A stretch of 32,000 bases of DNA from Deferrisoma camini S3R1 (GTDB lineage Bacteria > Desulfobacterota > Deferrisomatia > Deferrisomatales > Deferrisomataceae): NCBI RefSeq assembly GCF_000526155.1, contig NZ_JAFN01000001.1, positions 1,605,014 to 1,637,013 on the forward strand, in the 5' to 3' direction. Of the stretch, positions 15,394 through 23,047 are shown piece after piece. The translations under genes and the position numbers were made by a program. Under the pieces are notes generated by a model. The model made no database searches, was not told the origin of the DNA, and was given only the letters and a program-made list of their open reading frames with translations. How positions within the stretch are numbered: position 1 is the stretch's first letter; each line of letters begins with the position of its first letter.

Positions 15394-16737
15394 ATGCCGT
15401 ACCCGGAAACCGAGTACTGGAACCCGATCACCGAGACCCTGGACCCGGACCGGCTCCGGGAGATCCAGCTGGCCAAGTTCCGGCGGGTGTTCGCCTGGGT
15501 ATACGAGCGAAGCCCCATGTATCGCCGCAAGTACGACGAGGCCGGCCTTCGGCCGGAGGACGTGCGGACCTGGGACGACCTGGCCAAGGTGCCCCTGGTG
15601 ACCAAGGACGACTACCGATGCCAGGGCGCGGACCCGTTTCCCTACGGCGACACCCTGTGCGTGCCCCTGGAGGAGGTGACCGAGTACCACCAGACCTCGG
15701 GCACCACCGGCACCCCCGTGTATCAGCCCGACACCTGGGCCGACTGGGAGTGGTTCTCGGAGCTCTGGGCCACGATCCTGTGGGCCCAGGGGTACCGGCC
15801 CACCGACCGGGTGTTCTTCCCCTTCGGGTACCACGTGTTCATCGCCTTCTGGACCGCCCACTACGGGGCCGAGAGGCTCGGGTGCGAGGTGGTCCCCGGC
15901 GGGGTGCTGGGCACCCGGGAGCGGCTGCTCAAGATGCGCGAGCTCAAGACCAACGCCTTCATGGCCACCCCCACCTACGTACTGGGCATGGCCGAGACCG
16001 CGCGCAAGGACCTGGGCGCCGACCCCCGGGAGTGGGGCATCGAGCGGATCACATGCGCCGGGGAGCCTGGGGCCTCGGTTCCAACGACGAAAAAGCGGAT
16101 GCAGGACGCCTGGGGCTGCCCCGTGTACGACCACGTGGGCGCCACCGAGGTCGGCGCCTGGGGGTTCGAGTGCCGGCACCAGCCCGGGGGCCAGCACGTG
16201 ATCGAGTCCATGTTCCTGGTGGAGCTCCTGGAGTTGGATGCGGATCGGCCCGTGACCCGGCCCGGGGTGCCGGGACGGATCGTGATCACCGCCTTCGACC
16301 GGAGGGCCCAGCCGTGCGTGCGGTTCGACACCAAGGACGTGTCCATGTGGGCCGCGGACGGATGCGGGTGCGGCCGCACCTGGCGGATCCTCGAAGGTGG
16401 GGTCCACGGCCGGGTGGACCACATCACCAAGGTGAAGGGGGTGCTGTTCTCCCCGGTCACCGTGGAGGAGGTGGTCCGATCGTTCGAGGAGCTGGACGGC
16501 GAGTTCGAGATCTTCGTGGAGAAGCGGGGGGACCTGGATCACATCACCCTCAAGGTGGAGCTGCCCGACGGACTGGCCCCGCCGGACCGGGACAACCTAC
16601 TCAAGGAGCTGGCCAGCCGGCTCCGGTGGAAGACCCAGCTCAACTTCGACATCCAGCCCCAGCCCTACGGCAGCCTGCCGCGCTACCAGGTCAAAGCCCG
16701 CCGGTTCCACGATCTTCGCAAGAAGGGAGGCGTGTAA
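15394..16737 (+). CDS. PaaK-family adenylate-forming aryl-acid CoA ligase (phenylacetate-CoA ligase / F390 synthetase family), 447 aa
   Basis: Contains LREIQLAKFRRVFAWVYERSPMYRRKYDEAGL, VPLVTKDDYR and the P-loop-like HQTSGTTGTPV. The ~50 kDa size is typical of PaaK and shorter than benzoate-type ligases. Confidence 0.85.
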   Translation: MPYPETEYWNPITETLDPDRLREIQLAKFRRVFAWVYERSPMYRRKYDEAGLRPEDVRTWDDLAKVPLVTKDDYRCQGADPFPYGDTLCVPLEEVTEYHQTSGTTGTPVYQPDTWADWEWFSELWATILWAQGYRPTDRVFFPFGYHVFIAFWTAHYGAERLGCEVVPGGVLGTRERLLKMRELKTNAFMATPTYVLGMAETARKDLGADPREWGIERITCAGEPGASVPTTKKRMQDAWGCPVYDHVGATEVGAWGFECRHQPGGQHVIESMFLVELLELDADRPVTRPGVPGRIVITAFDRRAQPCVRFDTKDVSMWAADGCGCGRTWRILEGGVHGRVDHITKVKGVLFSPVTVEEVVRSFEELDGEFEIFVEKRGDLDHITLKVELPDGLAPPDRDNLLKELASRLRWKTQLNFDIQPQPYGSLPRYQVKARRFHDLRKKGGV

Positions 16738-16922
16738 TGGCTCCGGACGATCGGATCCGCGAGGTGGCCGAGGCGTTGGACCGGGTGGCCTCGGCGTTGA
16801 GGGAACTGGAGCGGGCCGGAGACGGCATCCCGGCGGTGGAGCGGAACGTGCGCCGGATGGAGGGGACCCTGTGGGTGCTCCGGGCCCACTTCGAGCCGCC
16901 TGCCAGGGCGGAAACGCCGTAG
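16737..16922 (+). CDS. Hypothetical small helical protein (61 aa), translationally coupled to the ligase
   Basis: The ATG overlaps the ligase stop (TAATG). A GGGAGG SD lies 6 nt upstream. GC3-rich. No recognisable motif. Confidence 0.5.
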   Translation: MAPDDRIREVAEALDRVASALRELERAGDGIPAVERNVRRMEGTLWVLRAHFEPPARAETP

Positions 16923-16945
16923 CCCGGCCCGACGGGCCCGTTCCC

Positions 16946-17494
16946 ATGGAGGTCCATTTCGGGCACCGGGTGTCCCGGGAGGGGTGGTGGAGCTTCGAGA
17001 CCCACCCCCACATGGTGCGCACGAAGCGCCGCATCCACGAGCGGTGCCTGCCGTGCCTCGCCGGGCTGCTGGATCAGCTGAAGACGGACCGGAGGGAGAT
17101 CGACCTGCCCCATGCCTGGGACTGCTGGAAGGTGGTGGCCGTGGCCCCGGACGAGGCGACCTGCATGGAGATCCTCGACCGGCTGGCCGAGGACCACCCG
17201 GACCTATACCTCCACGGCAAGCTGGGGGGCCGGCGGGATCGCTACGGGACCTCGGCCCTGGTCCTCCACGCCGAGGGGGAGGCCGAGCGGGACCGGCTGG
17301 TGGGCTGCCTGCGAAAGACATTGGAACACCATTTCCCGCAGGTACCCCTCCAGCTCTCCCGGGCCTGCGCCGACCCCTACGCCGAGCTCCTGGGCCCCTG
17401 GCAGGACTGGACCCTGCCGTGCCCCATTCGGCACCCGGAGGCGGTGCCCCGGGTGGTTCGGCGGCTGCGGGAGCTCCTTTACGGCGCGGGCTGA
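16946..17494 (+). CDS. Hypothetical protein (182 aa), Cys/His/Trp-rich, unknown function
   Basis: ORF 16871..17494 trimmed to the ATG at 16946 (MEVHFGHRVSREGWW...). Strong GC3 codon bias throughout. Weak SD. No family recognised. Confidence 0.5.
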   Translation: MEVHFGHRVSREGWWSFETHPHMVRTKRRIHERCLPCLAGLLDQLKTDRREIDLPHAWDCWKVVAVAPDEATCMEILDRLAEDHPDLYLHGKLGGRRDRYGTSALVLHAEGEAERDRLVGCLRKTLEHHFPQVPLQLSRACADPYAELLGPWQDWTLPCPIRHPEAVPRVVRRLRELLYGAG

Positions 17495-17782
17495 TACCCA
17501 AGTTGCGTTCAAAGCCATCAGACCCCTGAACCGGCGGGGCAAGGGGCCTGGTGGAGCGCCGGGCGTGGCTCCAACAGTCGCTGCCCCCGGCACTCAGCCG
17601 ATACCCGCTCTGCCGGTGACCCGAAATGCATTGCCAACGTTCGCTTTCCTACCGTTCAGGGGACACTCGGGCTGAGTGTCGGGGGCAGCGTGAGTCGGAT
17701 GCTGCACTCACGCACGGCCGGAATCAGGCCCCTTGCCCCGGCCCCCGGATGGATCTCGGTTGGAACGCAACTTGGCATGAGG
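17492..17782. mobile_element. Foldback MITE-like element, family A, copy 2
   Basis: The left end TGATACCCAAGTTGCGTTCAAAGCC includes the stop codon of the upstream gene. The right end is GGAACGCAACTTGGCATGAGG. Internal inverted arms are GGGGCAAGGGGCCTGGTGGAGCGCCGGGCGTGGCTCC and ...GGCCGGAATCAGGCCCCTTGCCCC. Confidence 0.75.
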
Positions 17783-17787
17783 AGGGG

Positions 17788-18900
17788 CTAGCCGGCGTGC
17801 GCGGGCAGCTCCACCACGGCCCAGGCTCCTCCCCCCTCGCGCTCTTCGAGCCGGATCGTGCCCCCCCACGCCTCCACGATGCGGCGGCACACCGTGAGCC
17901 CCAGCCCCCCGCCCTTCTCCTTGGTGGTCACGAACGGCTCGAAGAACCGCTCCGGGTCCTCGCCGCCGAAGCCGGGCCCCCGGTCTCCCACCCGCAGCCG
18001 CACCCGCCTCAGGCGCTCCAGGCGCAGCACCGGATCGAGCAGGGAGTCTCCTCCCCTCTCCTCCTGCCGCTCCACCACGTCGCCCACCACCTCGACCGCC
18101 CCGCCCCAAGGCGTCACGTCCGCCGCATTCAGCAGAAGGTTCAGCACGACCTGCTTCAGCTCCGACGCATCGGCCCACACCGTGGGCAGATCCGGCGGCA
18201 GGTCGGCGTCCACCGACACCTGAGCCCGCTGCAGGCGGTGCCGCACCAGGGGCAGGGTCTCCCCCACCACCACGGCCAGGCGCACCGGCGCGGGGGCGCT
18301 TCCCGTCGTCGCGGAGCGCGCGTAGCCCAGCAACTGGTCGATCAGGGTGCGGCACCGGTGCGCTTCTTCGTAGATGCGGCGGCGGATCGAACCGTCCGGG
18401 TCGGTCTCGGTCTCGCTCCGGAGCAGCGCCGCAAACCCCAGGATCACCGACACGGGGTTGCCCACCTCGTGCACCACCGACGCGGCCAGCTCCCCCAAGG
18501 TGGCCAGCCGCTCGTACTGCACCAGTTTCCGGTCCACCGCGTCCCGCAGGGAGTGGTCGGTGGCCAGCCACAGCCGGCCCGCGGGCCGGCCGGCCGGGTC
18601 CCGGACTGGCCGGGACCGAAGCCGGAGACGCATGGGCCGACCGTCCGCCCGGGTGGCGTCGCACACCATGTCCACCCAAGCGTTCCCCCGGGAGTCCGCC
18701 GGCTCCTCCCCCGGGTTCGGCCGCCCGAGGGCCTCCTGCCACGGCCGCCCCTCCACCTGCGGCGCCAGGCGGCCGGTCAGGATCTCCGCGGCCGGGTTCC
18801 AGCCCACGACCCGGCCCTGGGTGTCGGTCACGAACGCTGCACAGGGGACCCCCTCCCACAGTGCGTCGCCTATGTCGTATTTCAGACCATTTATCGTCAT
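17788..18900 (-). CDS. Cytoplasmic PAS-domain sensor histidine kinase (370 aa)
   Basis: N-terminal PAS (AAFVTDTQGRVVGWNPAAEILTG). H-box LATLGELAASVVHEVGNPV. N-box VVLNLLLNA. G-boxes DRGPGF and GGGLGL. No TM segment. Confidence 0.9.
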   Translation of the reverse strand: MTINGLKYDIGDALWEGVPCAAFVTDTQGRVVGWNPAAEILTGRLAPQVEGRPWQEALGRPNPGEEPADSRGNAWVDMVCDATRADGRPMRLRLRSRPVRDPAGRPAGRLWLATDHSLRDAVDRKLVQYERLATLGELAASVVHEVGNPVSVILGFAALLRSETETDPDGSIRRRIYEEAHRCRTLIDQLLGYARSATTGSAPAPVRLAVVVGETLPLVRHRLQRAQVSVDADLPPDLPTVWADASELKQVVLNLLLNAADVTPWGGAVEVVGDVVERQEERGGDSLLDPVLRLERLRRVRLRVGDRGPGFGGEDPERFFEPFVTTKEKGGGLGLTVCRRIVEAWGGTIRLEEREGGGAWAVVELPAHAG

Positions 18901-19136
18901 TTCCTACCCATGTTTGATTTCTCGTGCTATGATCGGTCGTCGCGAGCGATGCCGGGGCCGAGCTCCTCTCGTGAGACGGGCAACAAGCGGAATCGCCGGA
19001 AATTACCCATGCGCGGACCGGGTCGCCCCCGGCCCGGCCGGCCGTCTCCCCCCGATCGAACTCCCGCCTCTCCACGGGATGGCCCGATGTTTGAATACTA
19101 CCGAACAAAACCCTGTATGGTCCAGGAGGGGCCCTA

Positions 19137-20279
19137 TTGAGCGGCCCGACCCTGGAGACGTTGGCCTTCTCCCCCGGCGATCCGTCCCGATTCGTCCGGC
19201 CGGTGGCGTGGGGGGGGAGCCTGCGGCCGGTGGAGCCCTCGCCCGCCGGGACGGTGTGCGAGGCCGAGGTGCCAAGCCGGCTGCACGCCCTGGTGTTGGA
19301 CATGACCCGCTTCGATCTCGGCCGCCCCGGAGGCGGGGGGGTTGGGTTCGCCGTGGGGCTGTTCTCCCGAGCCCGGGTCATGCTGACCGACGCCCCCGGT
19401 GTTCGGTCCACGGGAAGCCGCCCGCTGCTGGGGCAGCACCTGGCCCACCTGTTCCTGGCCCTCACCGGATACCCAGGCGGGGTGGAGATCCAGACTCGGG
19501 ACCACGGCCGGCGGCACATGGGGCTCGGCTCGTCGGTGGCAACCCTGACCGCGGCCGCCCTGGCCTTGAACGAGGCCCTGGGCCGGCCCTTGGATCTGCG
19601 GGACCTGCGCAAGCTGATCGCCCACAACTACTGCGAGGAGTTCTCGTCGGCCCCGCCCCGGCTGGTGCCCGGGTTCGAGACCAACGTGGGCGCCATGGCC
19701 GGCCTGCACGGGGGACTGGTGGTGGGGTCCGACCGGTGTGAACTGCTGGCCCGGGTCGCCCTGCCCGAGGACCTGCGGGCCCTGCTGATCCTGCCCCAGA
19801 TCGCGCCCGAGGTGTCGTCGGGGGCAGGGGAGTACCGGTCGCTGGTCCAGACCGCCCGTCGGGCGGACGAGCAGGCCGCACCAGCAAAGGTGTACCGGGT
19901 GTTCATGGACCTCCTGCCAGCCGCCCTCACGGGCGACCTCAGGGCCGTAGGAGACGTTCTCTGGGAGCTTTCCCACGGCGGATCCAAGCTGGCCGAGATC
20001 GAGCTCCACGGCGATCGCGGCAAGGAGGTCTGGGCGACCATGGAACGGCTCCGGAACGAGGGGGCAGAGATCGTGGGCATGAGCTCGGTGGGCCCGGCGG
20101 TGTTCGCCCTGAGCCGCGACGCCGGGGTCTGGGCGAAGTGGAAACGGTGGGAGGGTTCCTCGGCCGTGACCTGCTCCGTCACCGTACCGGTGGACAGCCG
20201 TGGCGCCCGGGTCCGCCTGGACGGAACCCCCATCCCGTACCGGTTCGAGCCCTGGTGGTCCGACCCCGTGTACGGCTGA
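19137..20279 (+). CDS. GHMP-kinase-fold protein resembling beta-ribofuranosylaminobenzene 5'-phosphate (beta-RFAP) synthase family, 380 aa
   Basis: TTG start with an AGGAGG SD 7 nt upstream. The GHMP motif HMGLGSSVATLTAAALALNEALG is present. The N-terminal PSRLHALVLDMTRFDLGRPGGGGVGFAV resembles the RxHxxLxDxxGxxGRxxGGxG signature I associate with beta-RFAP synthases. The family call needs an HMM check. Confidence 0.6.
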   Translation: MSGPTLETLAFSPGDPSRFVRPVAWGGSLRPVEPSPAGTVCEAEVPSRLHALVLDMTRFDLGRPGGGGVGFAVGLFSRARVMLTDAPGVRSTGSRPLLGQHLAHLFLALTGYPGGVEIQTRDHGRRHMGLGSSVATLTAAALALNEALGRPLDLRDLRKLIAHNYCEEFSSAPPRLVPGFETNVGAMAGLHGGLVVGSDRCELLARVALPEDLRALLILPQIAPEVSSGAGEYRSLVQTARRADEQAAPAKVYRVFMDLLPAALTGDLRAVGDVLWELSHGGSKLAEIELHGDRGKEVWATMERLRNEGAEIVGMSSVGPAVFALSRDAGVWAKWKRWEGSSAVTCSVTVPVDSRGARVRLDGTPIPYRFEPWWSDPVYG

Positions 20280-20505
20280 TACCAAGTCGCATTCGAAGCC
20301 AGCGATTTGGGAGCCGTCGGCCCGGGGCGCGACGGCCGAGCCGTTCAAGCCGTTCGGCGCAGGGGAGCGCCTGCGGCGCGTGCTCTCTCGCGCCGCAGCA
20401 GACCGAGCCGTAGCGGCTTCGGCGAGGCCGTCTTTTCCAGCGGAGGACCGACGGCCCCCAAATCGCCCCTCTATGAGCTCATCCTGATCGCAAATCGGCA
20501 TGAGG
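20277..20505. mobile_element. Foldback MITE-like element, family B, copy 2
   Basis: The left end TGATACCAAGTCGCATTCGAAGCC includes the stop codon of the GHMP-like gene. The right end is GATCGCAAATCGGCATGAGG. It is an inverted near-duplicate of 6512-6741. Confidence 0.75.
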
Positions 20506-20559
20506 TCCCCCCTGCGGGGAGCCCGGAGCTCCCCCTTCGCAAGGAAAGGAGGAAGGCGC

Positions 20560-21525
20560 ATGAGACGAGGACGCGGCACGACCTGGTGGTGGACCGGATT
20601 GGTCCTGGGGCTCACGCTGTGCGCGGGCTCCGCCGTGGCCGGCGGAGGCCAGCACTACCCCAACGGAGCCGAGGACTTCGTGGTGGGCGCCCTGCCCCCG
20701 CCCGGGGTCTACTTCAAGAACTATCTCGTCTACATCAACAAAGACCGGCTCATGGACAACGAGGGCAAGAAGACCCCGGTGGAGTTCGACGCGAGCGTGT
20801 TCGCGGCGATCCCCCGCTTCATCTGGGTCAGCCCCTACAAGATCCTGGGCGCCTCGTGGGGGGCCCACGTCTTCATCCCGTTCTACACGGCAGACGTCGA
20901 GGTAACCGCTCAGACCCCGGGAGGTCCCCTCAAGGTGGTGAACGACTCGGACGGCGGGCTCGGTGACATCATCTTCAGTCCGTTCATCCTGGGATGGCAC
21001 TTCGGCCCGAACTTCCACGCCGTGTTCGCCGTGGACATCTGGGCCCCGACCGGAAACTACGACAACGAAGACGTATCCACCCAGCTCCTGTCGCGAAACC
21101 ACTGGACCTTCGAGCCGGTGTTCGCGGCCACCTACCTGTGGAACGGGTTCGACTTCTCCGTGAAGCTCATGTACGACTTCAACACCACCAACGACGAGTA
21201 CCTCGTGCCTGACGGAGCCGGCGGCATGAAGGAAGTGGATCTCGACCCGGGCCAGGAGTTCCACTTCGACTGGGCCGTGGGCTGGTCCCCCAAGCCGGGC
21301 TGGCGGTTCGGGGTGAACGGGTTCTACTATTGGCAGACCACCGACGACGAGATCGACGGCACCGAGGACCCCAACCGCAGCCGGCTCGCCGCGATCGGCC
21401 CGGGCCTCAAGTGGTGGCCGAACCAGGGGCGGTTCAGCGTGGTGGCCAAGCAACTTTGGGAGTTCGACGGCAAGAACATGCCCGAGGGATCGAGCACCTG
21501 GATCAACGTGGTGTGGGTGTTCTGA
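20560..21525 (+). CDS. Outer-membrane beta-barrel channel of the 'MetA-pathway of phenol degradation' (Phenol_MetA_deg-like) family, 321 aa
   Basis: ORF trimmed to the ATG at 20560, preceded by GGAAAGGAGGAAGG. Signal peptide MRRGRGTTWWWTGLVLGLTLCAGSAVA. The sequence is aromatic-rich with alternating strands and contains GGLGDIIFSPFILGW. It ends in a C-terminal aromatic residue (VVWVF). Confidence 0.7.
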   Translation: MRRGRGTTWWWTGLVLGLTLCAGSAVAGGGQHYPNGAEDFVVGALPPPGVYFKNYLVYINKDRLMDNEGKKTPVEFDASVFAAIPRFIWVSPYKILGASWGAHVFIPFYTADVEVTAQTPGGPLKVVNDSDGGLGDIIFSPFILGWHFGPNFHAVFAVDIWAPTGNYDNEDVSTQLLSRNHWTFEPVFAATYLWNGFDFSVKLMYDFNTTNDEYLVPDGAGGMKEVDLDPGQEFHFDWAVGWSPKPGWRFGVNGFYYWQTTDDEIDGTEDPNRSRLAAIGPGLKWWPNQGRFSVVAKQLWEFDGKNMPEGSSTWINVVWVF

Positions 21526-21541
21526 CAAACTCCACTTCCAA

Positions 21542-21570
21542 CCCCGGGGCCCCGATCCGGGGCCCCGGGG
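21542..21570 (+). other. 12-bp all-GC hairpin between the OMP gene and the ntrC-like gene
   Basis: CCCCGGGGCCCC-GATCC-GGGGCCCCGGGG. There is no U-tract, so it may be a stabiliser or attenuator rather than a classical terminator. Confidence 0.4.
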
Positions 21571-21586
21571 GCCCTACCGAGGACCC

Positions 21587-23047
21587 ATGGCCCATCCCCG
21601 GCGAGCCGAGAATCCCACGGAACACGTCCCCCGGATCCTGGTGGTGGACGACGAGGTCGGCATGCTCGACCTCCTCCGGCGGGTGCTGGAGCGGGAGGGG
21701 TACGCCGTGGAGACGGCCAGCTCGGCCGAGCAGGCGGAGCTCTTCCTGGCGGGGACCCCCTTCGATCTGGTGATCACCGACCTGGTCCTGGGCGGCCGGG
21801 GCGGCGAGCACGTGGTCCGGGTGACCAAGTCCACCCAGCCCGAGACCGAGATCCTCGTCATCACGGCCCACGCCTCGGTGGACTCCGCGGTGGAGGTGAT
21901 GAGGGAGGGGGCCTTCGACTACCTGCGCAAGCCCCTGCTGCCGGAGGAGATCCTCCACGTAGTGCGCCGGGCGCTCGAGATGAAAGGGCTGCGCGACGAG
22001 GTCCGGACGCTACGCCGGGAGAAGGCCGCGGCGCTGCTCCAGGGGGAGCTCCTGGGCCGCAGCCCGGCCATGCTCCGGGTGTTCGAGCGGGTGCGCCGGG
22101 CGGCCCGTACCGATGCCACGGTTCTGCTGGAAGGGGAGTCGGGCACGGGCAAGGAGCTGGTCGCCCGGGCCATCCACGCCGAGTCCCGCCGGGCCTCGGG
22201 GCCGTTCGTGCCGGTGAACTGCGGGGCGATCCCCGGCGACCTTCTGGAGTCCGAGCTGTTCGGACACGTGCGGGGCGCCTTCACCGGCGCCCATGCCGAC
22301 CGGCAGGGGTACTTCGAGGCCGCCTCCGGCGGCACCCTGTTCCTGGACGAGATCGGCGAGATGGACCCGCGGCTCCAGGTGAAGCTGCTGCGGGTGCTCC
22401 AGGACTCGGCCGTGACCCGGGTGGGCGAGACCCGGCCCAGGCCGGTGGACGTGCGGATCGTGGCGGCCACCAACCGCAGGCTCCTCGATGCGGTGCAGGA
22501 CGGGTCGTTCCGGAACGACCTGTACTACCGGCTCCGGGTCGTGCACATCGAGCTTCCTCCCCTGCGGGAGCGGCGGGAGGACATCCTGCTGCTGGCCCAC
22601 GCGTTCCTCCAGCGGTTCGCCCGGGCCTACGGCAAGGGGTTCGAGGACATCGACCCCCGGGCCGCCCGCACCCTGCAGCGGTATGACTACCCCGGCAACG
22701 TGCGGGAGCTGCGAAACATCATCGAGAGTGCGGTGGTGATGGGGCGGGGGAAGATCATCCACGAGTCCCACCTGCGCGAGGCCATGGGGGAAGAGGCGTT
22801 TTCCCGGGCCTCGGGGGCGCCGGCCGAGTGGGAGCTGCCGTTCGACGAGGCCCTGGCGCGGGTGGTGGAGGAGTTCGAGCGGGCGTATCTGGAGCACAAC
22901 CTGCGGAGGTTCGGGGGTCGGATCAAGAACCTGATCCAGGCCTCGGGGCTGTCGCGCCGAACCATCGAACGCAAGATGGCCCGCTACGGCCTGTCGCGGC
23001 GCGACTTCGTGCCCGGCCGGGGGCCGGGGGGAGGATCGAAGGGGTAA
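21587..23047 (+). CDS. NtrC-family sigma54-dependent response regulator (REC + AAA+ + Fis-type HTH), 486 aa
   Basis: REC domain: RILVVDDE...DLVITDL...LRKP. AAA+ domain: VLLEGESGTGKELVARAIH, the GAFTGA sigma54-contact loop, LFLDEIGEM and VRIVAATN. C-terminal HTH: ASGLSRRTIERKMARYGL. Confidence 0.95.
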   Translation: MAHPRRAENPTEHVPRILVVDDEVGMLDLLRRVLEREGYAVETASSAEQAELFLAGTPFDLVITDLVLGGRGGEHVVRVTKSTQPETEILVITAHASVDSAVEVMREGAFDYLRKPLLPEEILHVVRRALEMKGLRDEVRTLRREKAAALLQGELLGRSPAMLRVFERVRRAARTDATVLLEGESGTGKELVARAIHAESRRASGPFVPVNCGAIPGDLLESELFGHVRGAFTGAHADRQGYFEAASGGTLFLDEIGEMDPRLQVKLLRVLQDSAVTRVGETRPRPVDVRIVAATNRRLLDAVQDGSFRNDLYYRLRVVHIELPPLRERREDILLLAHAFLQRFARAYGKGFEDIDPRAARTLQRYDYPGNVRELRNIIESAVVMGRGKIIHESHLREAMGEEAFSRASGAPAEWELPFDEALARVVEEFERAYLEHNLRRFGGRIKNLIQASGLSRRTIERKMARYGLSRRDFVPGRGPGGGSKG

